Positions 50,756-60,373 of a DNA stretch of 64,000 nt are shown here, piece by piece. The stretch comes from Chloroflexota bacterium. Its GTDB lineage: Bacteria; Chloroflexota; Limnocylindria; Limnocylindrales; CSP1-4. Positions within the stretch are counted from its first letter, which is position 1. Each line of letters starts with the position of its first letter. A model generated the notes under the pieces. That model worked only from the letters and a program-made list of their open reading frames with translations. It had not been told where the DNA came from and did not search any database. Location of the stretch: NCBI GenBank assembly GCA_021785175.1, contig JAJYGH010000026.1, positions 67 through 64,066 of the forward strand, read 5' to 3'. A program made the position numbers and the translations under genes.

Positions 50756-50807
50756 GTGCTTCTCGCTCAGGGCGACCGGCGGGCGGTCGCGGGTTCGGGG
50801 CGGGTGA

Positions 50808-51374
50808 TCATCTCGCGCCCCGGCCGTCGGCACGCCCCGGAGGCGGCTCGGCTGCCTTCGAGAGTCGCTCGAGCAGCGCCCGCAGCCGCGCGATCGACGC
50901 GGGATCGAGCCGCTTCCCGACTTCCTCATCGAGCACGGCGGCGTGGTGGGCGAGTGCGGCGGGCACGGCTTCCAGGCCGGCGGGCGTCAGCTCGGCGTAG
51001 GTGCCGCGCCGGTCCTGCGGGCACGTGACGCGCGCGACCAGGCCGGCGGCGACGAGATCGTCGACGCGGCGGGTCAGGCCGCTCGGCGTGAGGCCTGCCC
51101 GGTCCGCGAGTTCGCGCAGGCGCAGCCGGTGCTGCGGCGCCTCCGCCAGGGGCAGCAGGACGCCGAGCGCGTCGGGACCCACGACGGCGCAGCCGGACGA
51201 GCCCCGTTCGAGGGACCGATCCAGCGCGGCGTGGGCGGCGACCAGCGCCGACCAGAGCCGGACGCTCGGCGACACGCACGCGTCGTGGTGGACCGCGGGC
51301 CGGCTCCCGGCGGATGCCGGGCGGAGCGTTCCCGACGCGGCGCGCGTGCCAATTCGCATGGGGGATTGGCTCAT
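50808..51374 (-). CDS. MarR family transcriptional regulator
   Basis: Motifs LRLRELADRAGLTPSGLTRRVDDL and CPQDRRGTYAELT. ATG overlaps the upstream stop; start uncertain. Confidence 0.85.
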   Translation of the reverse strand: MSQSPMRIGTRAASGTLRPASAGSRPAVHHDACVSPSVRLWSALVAAHAALDRSLERGSSGCAVVGPDALGVLLPLAEAPQHRLRLRELADRAGLTPSGLTRRVDDLVAAGLVARVTCPQDRRGTYAELTPAGLEAVPAALAHHAAVLDEEVGKRLDPASIARLRALLERLSKAAEPPPGRADGRGAR

Positions 51375-52051
51375 GCGGCCGCCGACTGCTCCTGGGTCAC
51401 CCGGCGCACACTGTCCGCGAACGAGCCGACGACGTCGGCCAGGTCGGTCAGCAGGGCGGCATCGGGCGACCCCCCGTCGGGCGACCCCCCGTCGTCGCCG
51501 AGCCGTTCCGCCGCGTTCGCGACGCCGAGCCGCCGCTCGAACGGCACCGCGCCCGCGAATGCGAGCACGGCTGCGGCGTGGTCGAGCGCATGGCGCACGC
51601 CGCCCGTGCCCGGCGTGGCGCCCAGGAGCAGGACCGGCTTCCCGGCAATCGCCGCGGACGAGCGCGGGCGCGATGCCCAGTCGATCGCGTTCTTCACGAC
51701 GGCAGGCAGGCTGCGGTTGTACTCGGGCGTGACGACGAGGAGGGCGTCGGCGGACGAAACGGCGTCGCGGAAGGCGCGTACCTCCGCCGACGCGTCGGCC
51801 GCCTCGAGGTCCGCGTCATAGAACGGGAGCCGCTCGATCGCGACCGGTTCGACGATCGCGTCGTCGGGAAGGACCCGGACGACGGCGCGCAGCAGGGCGC
51901 GGTTCAGCGATGCCCGGCGCGCGCTGCCGAGGAGCGCCGCGATCCGCAGCGGCCGCCGATCGGGATCCGGGATCCGCGTGGACGGGACGAAGGGGAAGGC
52001 CGGCCCGAGCCGGCCGACGCCGGTCGTGGTGGTGAAGGCGTTGTCATTCAT
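51371..52051 (-). CDS. NADPH-dependent FMN reductase
   Basis: Motifs LGSARRASLN, LPFYDAD, TPEYNRSLPAVVKNAIDWASR. Confidence 0.9.
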   Translation of the reverse strand: MNDNAFTTTTGVGRLGPAFPFVPSTRIPDPDRRPLRIAALLGSARRASLNRALLRAVVRVLPDDAIVEPVAIERLPFYDADLEAADASAEVRAFRDAVSSADALLVVTPEYNRSLPAVVKNAIDWASRPRSSAAIAGKPVLLLGATPGTGGVRHALDHAAAVLAFAGAVPFERRLGVANAAERLGDDGGSPDGGSPDAALLTDLADVVGSFADSVRRVTQEQSAAA

Positions 52052-52060
52052 TGCTGCTGC

Positions 52061-52091
52061 AATTATTGTCCACGCAACTAGATCTCGTCAA
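52061..52091 (-). promoter_or_regulatory. promoter with candidate MarR-type operator for the FMN reductase-marR-pirin operon
   Basis: Minus strand TTGACG (52091-52086), 18 nt, AATAAT (52067-52062); imperfect palindrome TAGTTGCGTGGACAATA in the spacer. Confidence 0.45.
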
Positions 52092-52213
52092 GGGCTTCGA
52101 GGCGGCGCCAAAGAACGGCAGCCGGCACACGGAGTAGGGTTCGAGGCGCGGCGAATCCGATCGACGACTGGGCGGCGGGCGAGCGACGGGGCGCCGCGAA
52201 CAGGGGGCAGGCG

Positions 52214-53107
52214 ATGGCGACACCGCAGACAGGGATCTTCGCGCTCGGAACCATGTCGCACGGCTGGCTGGAGCTGGACGCCCGGCCCGACGTGGACCCG
52301 CGGGCGCTCGTCGGCCTCGTCGCCGGCCTCCGCGAGCCGCGCACGACGATCGGCGGCGTGAACCTCGTCGCGGGCTTCCGGCCCGAACTGTGGGCCGCCG
52401 TCGCTCCCGGCGACTCCCCTCCCGGCCTGCGAGGCTTCGACGCTCCCGTTGCCGGCCCGGACGGCTACACGCTCCCGGCGACGCAGCACGACGTCGTGGT
52501 GTGGATCGCCGGCGGCGCCTATGACGTCGTCTTCGACGCGTCCCGCGGGGTCGTGTCGACCGCAGCCCCGCTCGCGACGCTGGCGCACGAGATGGTCGGC
52601 TGGCCGTACCACCGCGACCTCGACCTGACGGGGTTCGTCGACGGGACGGAGAACCCGACGATTGTGAGCGCAACGTCCGAGGCGGTGATCGCCGAGGGAT
52701 CCGGCGCCGGCGGCAGCGTGCTGCTGCTCCAGCAGTGGGAGCACGACGCGATGGCGTGGGAGCGACTACCGATCGCGGAGCAGGGCCTCGTGATGGGCCG
52801 CTCGCGCATCAACGGGGCCGAACTCGATCCGCTGCCCGCGACTTCGCACGTGGCGAGGACGAACCAGGACACGTTCGGGAAGATCTTCCGGCGGAACATC
52901 CCGTGGGGGCGCCTGACCAGGCACGGCACGATCTTCGTGGGGTTCAGCCGCGACAGGGAGCGGCTCGACGCGATGCTCGGCAGCATGGTCGGGCGCGATG
53001 GCGAGCGGGATGCCCTGACCCGGTATGCCCGGGCGATCGGCGGCGCCTATTACTTCGTGCCGTCGAGCGAGGCGCTCGGGGCGTTTGCGGGCGGTGCAGG
53101 CGACTGA
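52214..53107 (+). CDS. DyP-type peroxidase
   Basis: Motifs PQTGIF, TQHD, GFVDGTENP (GxxDG), SHVAR, IFRRNIP, YYFVPS. Confidence 0.92.
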   Translation: MATPQTGIFALGTMSHGWLELDARPDVDPRALVGLVAGLREPRTTIGGVNLVAGFRPELWAAVAPGDSPPGLRGFDAPVAGPDGYTLPATQHDVVVWIAGGAYDVVFDASRGVVSTAAPLATLAHEMVGWPYHRDLDLTGFVDGTENPTIVSATSEAVIAEGSGAGGSVLLLQQWEHDAMAWERLPIAEQGLVMGRSRINGAELDPLPATSHVARTNQDTFGKIFRRNIPWGRLTRHGTIFVGFSRDRERLDAMLGSMVGRDGERDALTRYARAIGGAYYFVPSSEALGAFAGGAGD

Positions 53108-53123
53108 CCCGATCGGCGACCGG

Positions 53124-53400
53124 TCAGCGCGTGCCGGGGGCGACCTCGACCGGCGGAGGCTCGGCCGCCCGCACCTCGTCCGGGCCCGGACGGACTGGGG
53201 CCGCGCCCGGCGACGAGACCGGCAAGGAGCACGCCGGGAACCTGGCGGATCGCCGTCTTGTGCAGGTAGACGCCGTCGTCGTGGAACTCGCGGCGCGTCG
53301 CGATGACGGCCTCGAGTCGCTCGACCGTCGCCGGCAGAGATCAGGCCGCGGTTGTCGCCGGAGCGGCAGAGACAGCCGAGAGCACGGGTGGCGCGCGAAA
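53124..53400 (-). pseudogene. decayed lemA-like C-terminal fragment
   Basis: One frame reads VERLEAVIATRREFHDDGVYLHKTAIRQVPGVLLAGL, like LemA IAxxRxFYNDxVxxYNTxIxQFP. It is preceded by an in-frame stop and has no N-terminal TM. Confidence 0.55.
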
Positions 53401-53459
53401 CGCAGGCGGTGCCGATCGGCCTGATGTGCCGCTGACATCGCGCTTGCTATCGTCGCGCC

Positions 53460-54383
53460 ATGGGATCCCTCGCGGCCATCGCGCGCCGCTTCCTGCACGA
53501 GTTCCAGCGCGACGACGCGCCGGGCTTGTCCGCGGAGCTCGCGTACCGGTTCCTGTTCGCGATCTTCCCGTTCGTGATCTTCCTCGCGGCGCTGACCGGC
53601 TTCGTCGCGCAGTGGGCCGGCATGCAGAACCCCACCACTCAGCTGCTCAACGCGGCGGGGCCGAACGTCCCGGGCGGCCTGGATCAGGTGATCCGCCCGC
53701 AGCTCGAGGCCGTCCTGAACAACCGGCACCCGGAACTGCTCTCCGTCGGGGCGATCGGCGCGCTCTGGGCCGCGACGGGCGGGACGCAGGCGGTCATGAA
53801 GGCGATGAATCGGGCGTTCGAGGTCCAGGAGACGCGCTCCTTCATCGGCAAGTACCTGATGGCGATCGGGTTGACGCTGCTGGGCAGCGCCGGGCTCATC
53901 GTGGCCGTGGTCGGGATCGTCGGCGCGTCGCTCCTGACCGAGCACACCGCATCCTCGGCCGGGCTCGGCACGGACGCCTACCGGACCATCGCGATCTTGC
54001 GCTGGCCGGTCGTGTTCGTGCTGCCCGCCGCCGCCGTCGGCGTGGTGTACAGGCTCGCACCCAACGTGCGCATTCCCTGGCGCTGGTGCCTCCTCGGCGG
54101 CGGCCTCTTCGCGGTGCTGTGGCTCGTCGTGACGGCGCTGTTCGCGTCATACGTCTCGAACTTCAGTCACTACGGCAACACCTACGGGGCGCTCGGAGGC
54201 GTCATCGTGCTGATGCTGTGGTTCTACCTGTCGGCGCTGGTCCTGATCGTCACGGCCGAACTGGTCGCGGTCATCCTCAAGGAAGTCCGGCCGGAGCACG
54301 TCGAGGAGGCGAGAAGGGCGACGGGCGCGCCACCCGCGTCGGCGTCGGTCGGCCGGGAAACCCGACTTGACAGGTTCCGGTGA
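53460..54383 (+). CDS. YihY/virulence factor BrkB family membrane protein
   Basis: Motifs AELAYRFLFAIFP, AMNRAF, YRLAPN, YGALGGVIVLMLWFY. TATCGT lies 6 nt before the ATG. Confidence 0.92.
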   Translation: MGSLAAIARRFLHEFQRDDAPGLSAELAYRFLFAIFPFVIFLAALTGFVAQWAGMQNPTTQLLNAAGPNVPGGLDQVIRPQLEAVLNNRHPELLSVGAIGALWAATGGTQAVMKAMNRAFEVQETRSFIGKYLMAIGLTLLGSAGLIVAVVGIVGASLLTEHTASSAGLGTDAYRTIAILRWPVVFVLPAAAVGVVYRLAPNVRIPWRWCLLGGGLFAVLWLVVTALFASYVSNFSHYGNTYGALGGVIVLMLWFYLSALVLIVTAELVAVILKEVRPEHVEEARRATGAPPASASVGRETRLDRFR

Positions 54384-54395
54384 CGCCGGAACCTG
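54371..54395 (+). terminator. perfect hairpin spanning the yihY stop codon
   Basis: CAGGTTCCGG-TGACG-CCGGAACCTG: 10-bp stem, no U-tract. Confidence 0.45.
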
Positions 54396-54580
54396 GCTGG
54401 CCGTCGGTTCGGTAGACTGTGCCGGACACCGGACCCTCGGGAGAGCGAAGCAGCCTCGAGTGCGCTCGGCCGACCAAACACGCAAGACGCACAAGCCGAG
54501 GCCCGAACGCCAGCGCCAGTGCGCTCGTTGGTTCTACGGGACGCAGGCGTGACGAGATGGGACCGAGCCACGGAGGAGTC

Positions 54581-55441
54581 ATGTCGCGCATCAACGATGC
54601 CGTGGACTGGTCTGTCGACCTGGGGGCCGGTACTCGAGCGGCTTTGATCCAGGCAGGCACGTTCAAGACGGACGTCGGCGCTGCCCTCGGCCCGATTGCC
54701 CGGCCGGTCTGGCTCCCCGCGGTGAACGAGGAGATCGACAGCGACAACCGGATGCGCCAGGCGCTCAATTGCCTGCTGGTCGAGACTCCAGGAGGCCGTG
54801 TCCTCGTCGAGACCGGTATCGGCGAACGCATGTCGTCGGACGTCCGGGCGAAGCGCGCCGTCAGCGGCGAGCCGATCCTGCCTTCCCTGCGAAAAGCGGG
54901 ATTCGAGCCTGATTCGGTGGACTTCGTCGTGCTGTCCCACCTGCACTTCGACCATGCGGGCGGCTTGCTCGCGAGCGACGGCACGCGAGCCTTTCCCAAC
55001 GCCCCGATCATCGCGCAGCGGGCAGAGTGGGAGATGGCACTCTCGAACCATCCCAGGGCGTCCGCGAGCTACGATCAGCCGGACCTGCGGTTGGTCCGGA
55101 CGCTGTGGCCGGACGAAGCGGTCGATGGGGAACGTGAACTCTTGCCGGGCGTCAGCGTGGTGCCGACGGGTGGACACTCCGCAGGGCACCAGGCCGTGCT
55201 GGTGAGAGGCCGCACGACAACCGTGGCCTTCTTCGGGGATCTCGCAATGCGCCCGTGGAGCGTCTCGCCGACGTGGACGACGAGCTTCGACGACTTCCCA
55301 CTCGATTCCGTGGAAGCCAAGCTCCGCCTGTTCGGCCAGGCAGCGGACGAGAACTGGACCGTCGTGCTGTCGCATGAGAGAACGCGCCCGATCGGCCTCA
55401 TAATGCGGTCCGGTCGCGACTTCGTCTTCGAGCCACGCTGA
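54581..55441 (+). CDS. MBL-fold metallo-hydrolase (YtnP-like)
   Basis: Motifs SHLHFDHAGG, GGHSAGHQ, FFGDL, LSHE; GGAGGAG RBS before ATG 54581. Confidence 0.85.
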   Translation: MSRINDAVDWSVDLGAGTRAALIQAGTFKTDVGAALGPIARPVWLPAVNEEIDSDNRMRQALNCLLVETPGGRVLVETGIGERMSSDVRAKRAVSGEPILPSLRKAGFEPDSVDFVVLSHLHFDHAGGLLASDGTRAFPNAPIIAQRAEWEMALSNHPRASASYDQPDLRLVRTLWPDEAVDGERELLPGVSVVPTGGHSAGHQAVLVRGRTTTVAFFGDLAMRPWSVSPTWTTSFDDFPLDSVEAKLRLFGQAADENWTVVLSHERTRPIGLIMRSGRDFVFEPR

Positions 55442-55575
55442 TGCGGCCGCGCCCCGGTCGCGAGCGCACTCGGCCCACCCACGCTCGCACTGAAGCCTAC
55501 CGCGAGAGCCACTCCTTCCCGGCCCCGGGTCCCGCCCAGATCCTCAGCGGCCAGCGCCACCCGACTCGCCACCGC

Positions 55576-56793
55576 TCAGCCGGCTGAAACAGCCATCGCC
55601 GATCCCGCGAGGAGTTTCATCGCCTCACGCGCGATGACCAGTTCCTCGTTCGCCGCGATCACTGCCACGGTGACAGGCGAGGAGGGCGTGGAGATCACAC
55701 CCTCCGATCCCACGGCCTCGTTGCGTTCCGAGTCGATGTCCACACCGAGACAGCCGAGCCCCGCGCAGATCCGCGCGCGCAATGCCACGCCGTTCTCGCC
55801 AATGCCTCCGGTCAAAGCCAGCACATCGAGCCCGCCGAGTGCCACGAAGTAGGCGCCGACGTACTTCTGGATCTCGTACACGAACACGTCGAGGGCGAGC
55901 GCGGCGCGGCCGTCTCCCTGCGCGGCGGCGCGCTCAAGGTCGCGCACGTCGCCGCCCATGCCCGAGATCCCGCTCAGGCCGCCTTCGCTCGCGAGGATAT
56001 GCCCGAGCTGTTCGGGATCGAGTTGCTCCTTCTGCATGAGGTACAGCGGCACGAAGGGGTCAAGGTCGCCGCTTCGGGTTGCATGTGGCAAGCCCGACTG
56101 CGTCGAGAAGCCCATGCTCGTGTCGCGTGATTCACCCGCCTCGAGGGCGCAGACGCTCGAGCTTCCGCCGAGGTGGCACGAGATGATCCGGAGGCGGTCA
56201 TCCGCGCGACCGAGGAGTTGCGGCACCCGCGATGCCACGTAACGGTGCGACGCACCGTGGAATCCGTACCGTCGGATCCGGTACTTCTCGCTCCAGCGCC
56301 ATGGAATTGCGTAAGTCCGGGCGTGGTCAGGGATCGTGCGGTGAAACGCCGGCTCGAACACGCCGATCAACGGGACGTTCGGGGCAAGGTTGCCAAAGAC
56401 GCGCACCGCTTCCATGTATGGCGGATTGTGCATGGGGGCCAACGGGATGTACTCCGCCATCGCCGCGAGGACCCCATCGTCGAAGAAGACCGTGTCGGCG
56501 ATTCCCTCGGCATGGACGGCCTTGAAGGCGACGCACGCGAGATCACTGACCGAGGACAGAACGGGATCCGCCGACTGCGTGAGGATGTTGAGTGCCAGTG
56601 CGATCGCCGCCTGCTGGTCCGGGCAGCTGCGTTCCTCGCGTCGATGAGGGGACTCCCCGACGGTCCAGGACACCGGAGAGAGCGCGTCCCCAACGCGTTC
56701 GATCCTCCCGGAGGCGAGCACGATCTCGGCGGGCATCTCAAACAGCCGGAACTTGAGAGACGTCGAGCCGACATTGATGGCCAGGATCTTCAC
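55576..56793 (-). CDS. ackA: acetate/propionate kinase family protein
   Basis: Motifs ILAINVGSTSLKF, LAPMHNP, RRYGFHGASH, CHLGGSSS, TGGIGEN, NEELVIA. Confidence 0.88.
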   Translation of the reverse strand: MKILAINVGSTSLKFRLFEMPAEIVLASGRIERVGDALSPVSWTVGESPHRREERSCPDQQAAIALALNILTQSADPVLSSVSDLACVAFKAVHAEGIADTVFFDDGVLAAMAEYIPLAPMHNPPYMEAVRVFGNLAPNVPLIGVFEPAFHRTIPDHARTYAIPWRWSEKYRIRRYGFHGASHRYVASRVPQLLGRADDRLRIISCHLGGSSSVCALEAGESRDTSMGFSTQSGLPHATRSGDLDPFVPLYLMQKEQLDPEQLGHILASEGGLSGISGMGGDVRDLERAAAQGDGRAALALDVFVYEIQKYVGAYFVALGGLDVLALTGGIGENGVALRARICAGLGCLGVDIDSERNEAVGSEGVISTPSSPVTVAVIAANEELVIAREAMKLLAGSAMAVSAG

Positions 56794-56839
56794 ATCGCCC
56801 TCCTGCCCCCGTCCCGGACAGATACCCTCCGAGGCCGTG

Positions 56840-57766
56840 CTATGCGGCCGCCCCGTCGGAGCGCCCCGTCGCCGCTACCAGCTTTGCGATCGCGATCGAA
56901 CGGAGCTTGGTCTGCGGCGATTCGGCGCGCGAGAGAAGCACGATGGGCACGCCCGCGCCCACGACAACCCCCGCCGACTCTCCGTGGGCGAAGTAGAGGA
57001 TCGAGCGGTACATGATGTTGGCGGCCTCGATGCTCGGCGCGATGAGGATGTCAGCCCCGCCGATCACGGGGCTCTCCAGACGTTTCTTGTGCGCCGCGTC
57101 GGGGCTGAGCACCGCGTCGAGGGCCAGAGGGCCCTCGAGGTACGCGCCATCGATCTGGCCGCGACGGTTCATCTGCGTGAGAGCCGCCGCGTCGATGGTT
57201 GCCGGCATGCCCGAGTTGACGAACTCGAGGGCACACAGGACGGCGACGTTGGGCACCTCGACGCCGAGACAGTGAGCCACATCGATGGCGTTGCGACAGA
57301 TGTCCGCCTTCTGGTCGAGCGTCGGAGCGATGTTGATCGCCGCGTCACTGAGCAGCATCAGGCGGTCAAGCCCGGGAACCTGGAAGACGACCACCTGACT
57401 AAGCAGTCGCCGACCGCGAAGGCCCGTCTCCCTGTCAAGCACGGCATGCACGAGGGTCGCCGTCGCAATCTTGCCCTTCATGATCAGGTCGACTTCGCCG
57501 CCTCGAACCATGGCAATCGCCCGGCGAGCGGCCGCAACGTCGTCCGGGACGTCGACAACCTGTTCCGGTGAGACGCGACACCCGACACCTGCAGCGGAGG
57601 CAAGAATCCGGTTTCGGTCGCCGATGAGGATGCCCGTAGCGAGGCCTATCCTCGAAGCCTCGTCGATCGCACAGAGCGCGTCGGGGTCATGACCGGCGAC
57701 GACAGCTATGCGCGCAGGGGACAACTGGCGAGCGGCCGACACAACGTCATCGAGCGTGCGCAGCAC
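56840..57766 (-). CDS. phosphate acetyl/butyryltransferase (Ptb-like)
   Basis: Motifs IMKGK, LLSQV, DAAINIAP, GPLALD, PSIEAANI, PIVLLSRA; GGAGG RBS before GTG 57766. Confidence 0.88.
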   Translation of the reverse strand: MLRTLDDVVSAARQLSPARIAVVAGHDPDALCAIDEASRIGLATGILIGDRNRILASAAGVGCRVSPEQVVDVPDDVAAARRAIAMVRGGEVDLIMKGKIATATLVHAVLDRETGLRGRRLLSQVVVFQVPGLDRLMLLSDAAINIAPTLDQKADICRNAIDVAHCLGVEVPNVAVLCALEFVNSGMPATIDAAALTQMNRRGQIDGAYLEGPLALDAVLSPDAAHKKRLESPVIGGADILIAPSIEAANIMYRSILYFAHGESAGVVVGAGVPIVLLSRAESPQTKLRSIAIAKLVAATGRSDGAAA

Positions 57767-57834
57767 TGCGAGCCTCCATGCACCCACTGGATAGGCTCGA
57801 CGCGCGCTGGCGGCGCGCGTCGAGCAGTCTGGTT

Positions 57835-59004
57835 CTAGTCGCGCTCGAGAAGCACCGCCATGCCCTGCCCGCTTCCGACGCACATCGTGGCGATGCCGTG
57901 GCGAACACCGCGGAGGGCCATCTCGTACGCCAGCTTGGTCACAAGGACGAGGCCTGTCGCGCCTACCGGATGCCCGAGCGCGATGGCACCTCCATTGACG
58001 TTCACGATGGCCGGATCCAGATCCAGTTCCTTGATGACGGCGACCGTCGACGACGCGAACGCCTCGTTGATCTCTATCAAGCCGATGTCCTGCAGACTGA
58101 GGCCGACGCGGCCAAGCAGCTTGCGTACTGCGGGCACGGGTCCGATGCCGAACATCCCCGGCTCCACGCCCGCCGCCGACCATCCACGCAGATAGGCCGC
58201 AGCGGGCGCGCCTGATTCCTTCGCCCGCTTTTCGGACATGATGACCGCCGCGGCGGCGCCGTCGTTGATCCCGGAGGAGTTGCCGGCGGTCACCGTGCCG
58301 TCCGCCTTGAAGGCCGGTCGGAGCCGTGCGAGCTTCTCGATCGTGGAGTCGGCCCTGGGGTGCTCGTCGACCTCGAATGGCACAGGGCCCGCCTTCGAGG
58401 GAACGTCGATGGCGACGATCTGCTCCTTGAACCGGCCGGCCTCGATGGCCGCCACTGCCTTGCTCTGGCTCGCCGCGGCGAACTCGTCCTGCTCTTCGCG
58501 ACCGATACCGTATCGCCCGGCGACCGCCTCCGCCATGGGGCCGGCGTCGCCCAGGATGTAGTCGGCGAGATAGTCGATCAGGATGCCATTGCCCAGCCGG
58601 TAGCCGAAGCGCGCGCCCTCCAGCAGGTACGGCGCGTTGGTCATGCTCTCCATTCCGACGGCGACGCCGACCTCGACATCTCCCATCAGGATGTCCTGCG
58701 CAAGACACGTCATCGCCCGGAGACCCGACGAGCAGTTCATGTTGATGCTGTAGTCGTCGGAGGTCACGGGAATCCCGGCACGCAACAACACGTGTCGCGC
58801 GGGATTCCCGCCCTTGGTGACCTGCAGGTTCTCTCCGGCCACCACGCGCTCGATCTGCGCAAGTTCCAGCCCCGATCGCCGGACGGTCTCGCGCACGACA
58901 TGCGCGCCGAGGTCCAGGGCTGGTACATCCTTGAGCGACCCACCGAAACGGCCGATCGCGGTCCGCACAGGGGCGATAATGGCCAGGCGTTCGTCAAACA
59001 TCAC
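57835..59004 (-). CDS. acetyl-CoA C-acyltransferase (thiolase)
   Basis: Motifs NMNCSSGL, NEAFA, GHPVGATG, CVGSGQG. Confidence 0.93.
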   Translation of the reverse strand: MMFDERLAIIAPVRTAIGRFGGSLKDVPALDLGAHVVRETVRRSGLELAQIERVVAGENLQVTKGGNPARHVLLRAGIPVTSDDYSINMNCSSGLRAMTCLAQDILMGDVEVGVAVGMESMTNAPYLLEGARFGYRLGNGILIDYLADYILGDAGPMAEAVAGRYGIGREEQDEFAAASQSKAVAAIEAGRFKEQIVAIDVPSKAGPVPFEVDEHPRADSTIEKLARLRPAFKADGTVTAGNSSGINDGAAAAVIMSEKRAKESGAPAAAYLRGWSAAGVEPGMFGIGPVPAVRKLLGRVGLSLQDIGLIEINEAFASSTVAVIKELDLDPAIVNVNGGAIALGHPVGATGLVLVTKLAYEMALRGVRHGIATMCVGSGQGMAVLLERD

Positions 59005-59040
59005 TCAGCGTTCCTCTCGTCCCCCAGCCTGCCGAACCGA

Positions 59041-59787
59041 TTACCACACAAGACCGCCGTTCACTCCGATGACCTGCCCGGTGACATACGCCGCGTCCTC
59101 GGAGGCCAAGAACGCAACCAGATTGGCCACGTCGGCGGGATCGCCCGGGCGCCCCATGGGGATGCGGCTGATGACCTGATCCCACACGTCCTTCGGCACG
59201 CCCCGCGTCATCTCGGTGTCTATGAACCCAGGGCAGATGACGTTAGCGGTGACGCCCTTTCTCGCCAGCTCTCGCGCCGCCGTCAGCGTCAGACCGACGA
59301 TGCCTGCCTTCGCAGCGGCATAGTTGGCCTGGCCCAGGCTGCCCAGCCAGCTTGCGGACGAGATGTTGATGATCCGGCCGAAACCGCGCTCACGCATGAT
59401 CTGAGCTGCTCGCCGGGTCGTATGGAAGACGCCCGTCAGGTCCACGGCAAGAACCTGTTGCCATTCGGCATCCTCCATCTTGTGGAGCATCCGGTCGCGG
59501 TTGATGCCGGCGTTGTTGACGAGGATGTCGAGCACTCCGTACGTCTCGACGGCTGCCGTCAGGAGGGCTTCGGCCTCAATCCGCACCGATACATCGCAGC
59601 GAACACCGATCGCGGTATGCCCCGCAGCACCCAGTGATGAGGCGACCTCCACTGCCGTCGCTTCATCGATGTCGCCCACCACGACAGCACTGCCACGGGC
59701 CGCAAGTCCCTCCGCTATGGCTCGGCCGATGCCGCGGCCCGCGCCGGTTACCACAGCTACCCGACCGTGTAGATCCATGTCATGCAC
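59041..59787 (-). CDS. 3-oxoacyl-ACP/CoA reductase (FabG/PhaB-like SDR)
   Basis: Motifs TGAGRGIG, NNAG, NISS, YAAAK, PGFIDTEM. Confidence 0.9.
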   Translation of the reverse strand: MHDMDLHGRVAVVTGAGRGIGRAIAEGLAARGSAVVVGDIDEATAVEVASSLGAAGHTAIGVRCDVSVRIEAEALLTAAVETYGVLDILVNNAGINRDRMLHKMEDAEWQQVLAVDLTGVFHTTRRAAQIMRERGFGRIINISSASWLGSLGQANYAAAKAGIVGLTLTAARELARKGVTANVICPGFIDTEMTRGVPKDVWDQVISRIPMGRPGDPADVANLVAFLASEDAAYVTGQVIGVNGGLVW

Positions 59788-59863
59788 CTCTCGCCATTGC
59801 CACGCGGGCTGCGCGCCCAGCTGTGTCGGTAGTGCCAGCGATTGCCCTCGCGGGCGGGGACGC

Positions 59864-60301
59864 TCATCCGCTCTGGCCCCGCACCACTCGTGGTGCGAGT
59901 TCGGATTCGCCTGTCAGCACGAGAACGCCATCCTGGTTGTGACACTCCGTGCGGAGGCGCACTCGATTGCGCTCGACATCCACGGCGATGACCTCGACCG
60001 ATGCGGTGATCGTGTCGCCGAAGAAGACCGGCGCGCGGAATTCCAGGGTCTGCCGGATGTAAAGGTTTCCAGGACCCGGAAGCTGGGTGGCCTGCACGGT
60101 GGAGATCAACGACGCCGTCAACATCCCGTGCGCGATGCGGCGTTGGAACCGAGTCCCACGCGCGTACTCGGCGTTGACATGCAAGGGGTTGAGGTCTCCA
60201 GTGACTCCCGCAAACAGGTACACGTCACTCTCGGTCAGCGTCTTCGCCACGGAGGCCTTCTGACCGACGGCAAGTTCCCTGATCGTGAGACCGTCTTGCA
60301 C
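59864..60301 (-). CDS. MaoC family (R)-specific enoyl-CoA hydratase
   Basis: Motifs FAGVTGDLNPLH, RIAHGML, FRAPVFFGDT; GGGAGG RBS before GTG 60301. Confidence 0.9.
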   Translation of the reverse strand: MQDGLTIRELAVGQKASVAKTLTESDVYLFAGVTGDLNPLHVNAEYARGTRFQRRIAHGMLTASLISTVQATQLPGPGNLYIRQTLEFRAPVFFGDTITASVEVIAVDVERNRVRLRTECHNQDGVLVLTGESELAPRVVRGQSG

Positions 60302-60331
60302 GTTGAACCTCCCTTGCCGCCGTCCTCCTGC

Positions 60332-60373
60332 CCCGCGTGATGCGATCAGGCACCCGCGTGATGCGATCAGGCA
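60332..60373. repeat. perfect 21-bp tandem duplication covering the ligase stop codon
   Basis: CCCGCGTGATGCGATCAGGCA at 60332-60352 and 60353-60373. Confidence 0.9.

Noticed and set aside
52214..53107. DyP as encapsulin cargo
   Set aside because: There is no adjacent encapsulin gene and no C-terminal targeting extension.
54384..54580. tRNA or att site at the compositional boundary
   Set aside because: No cloverleaf, T-loop consensus or flanking direct repeat could be identified.
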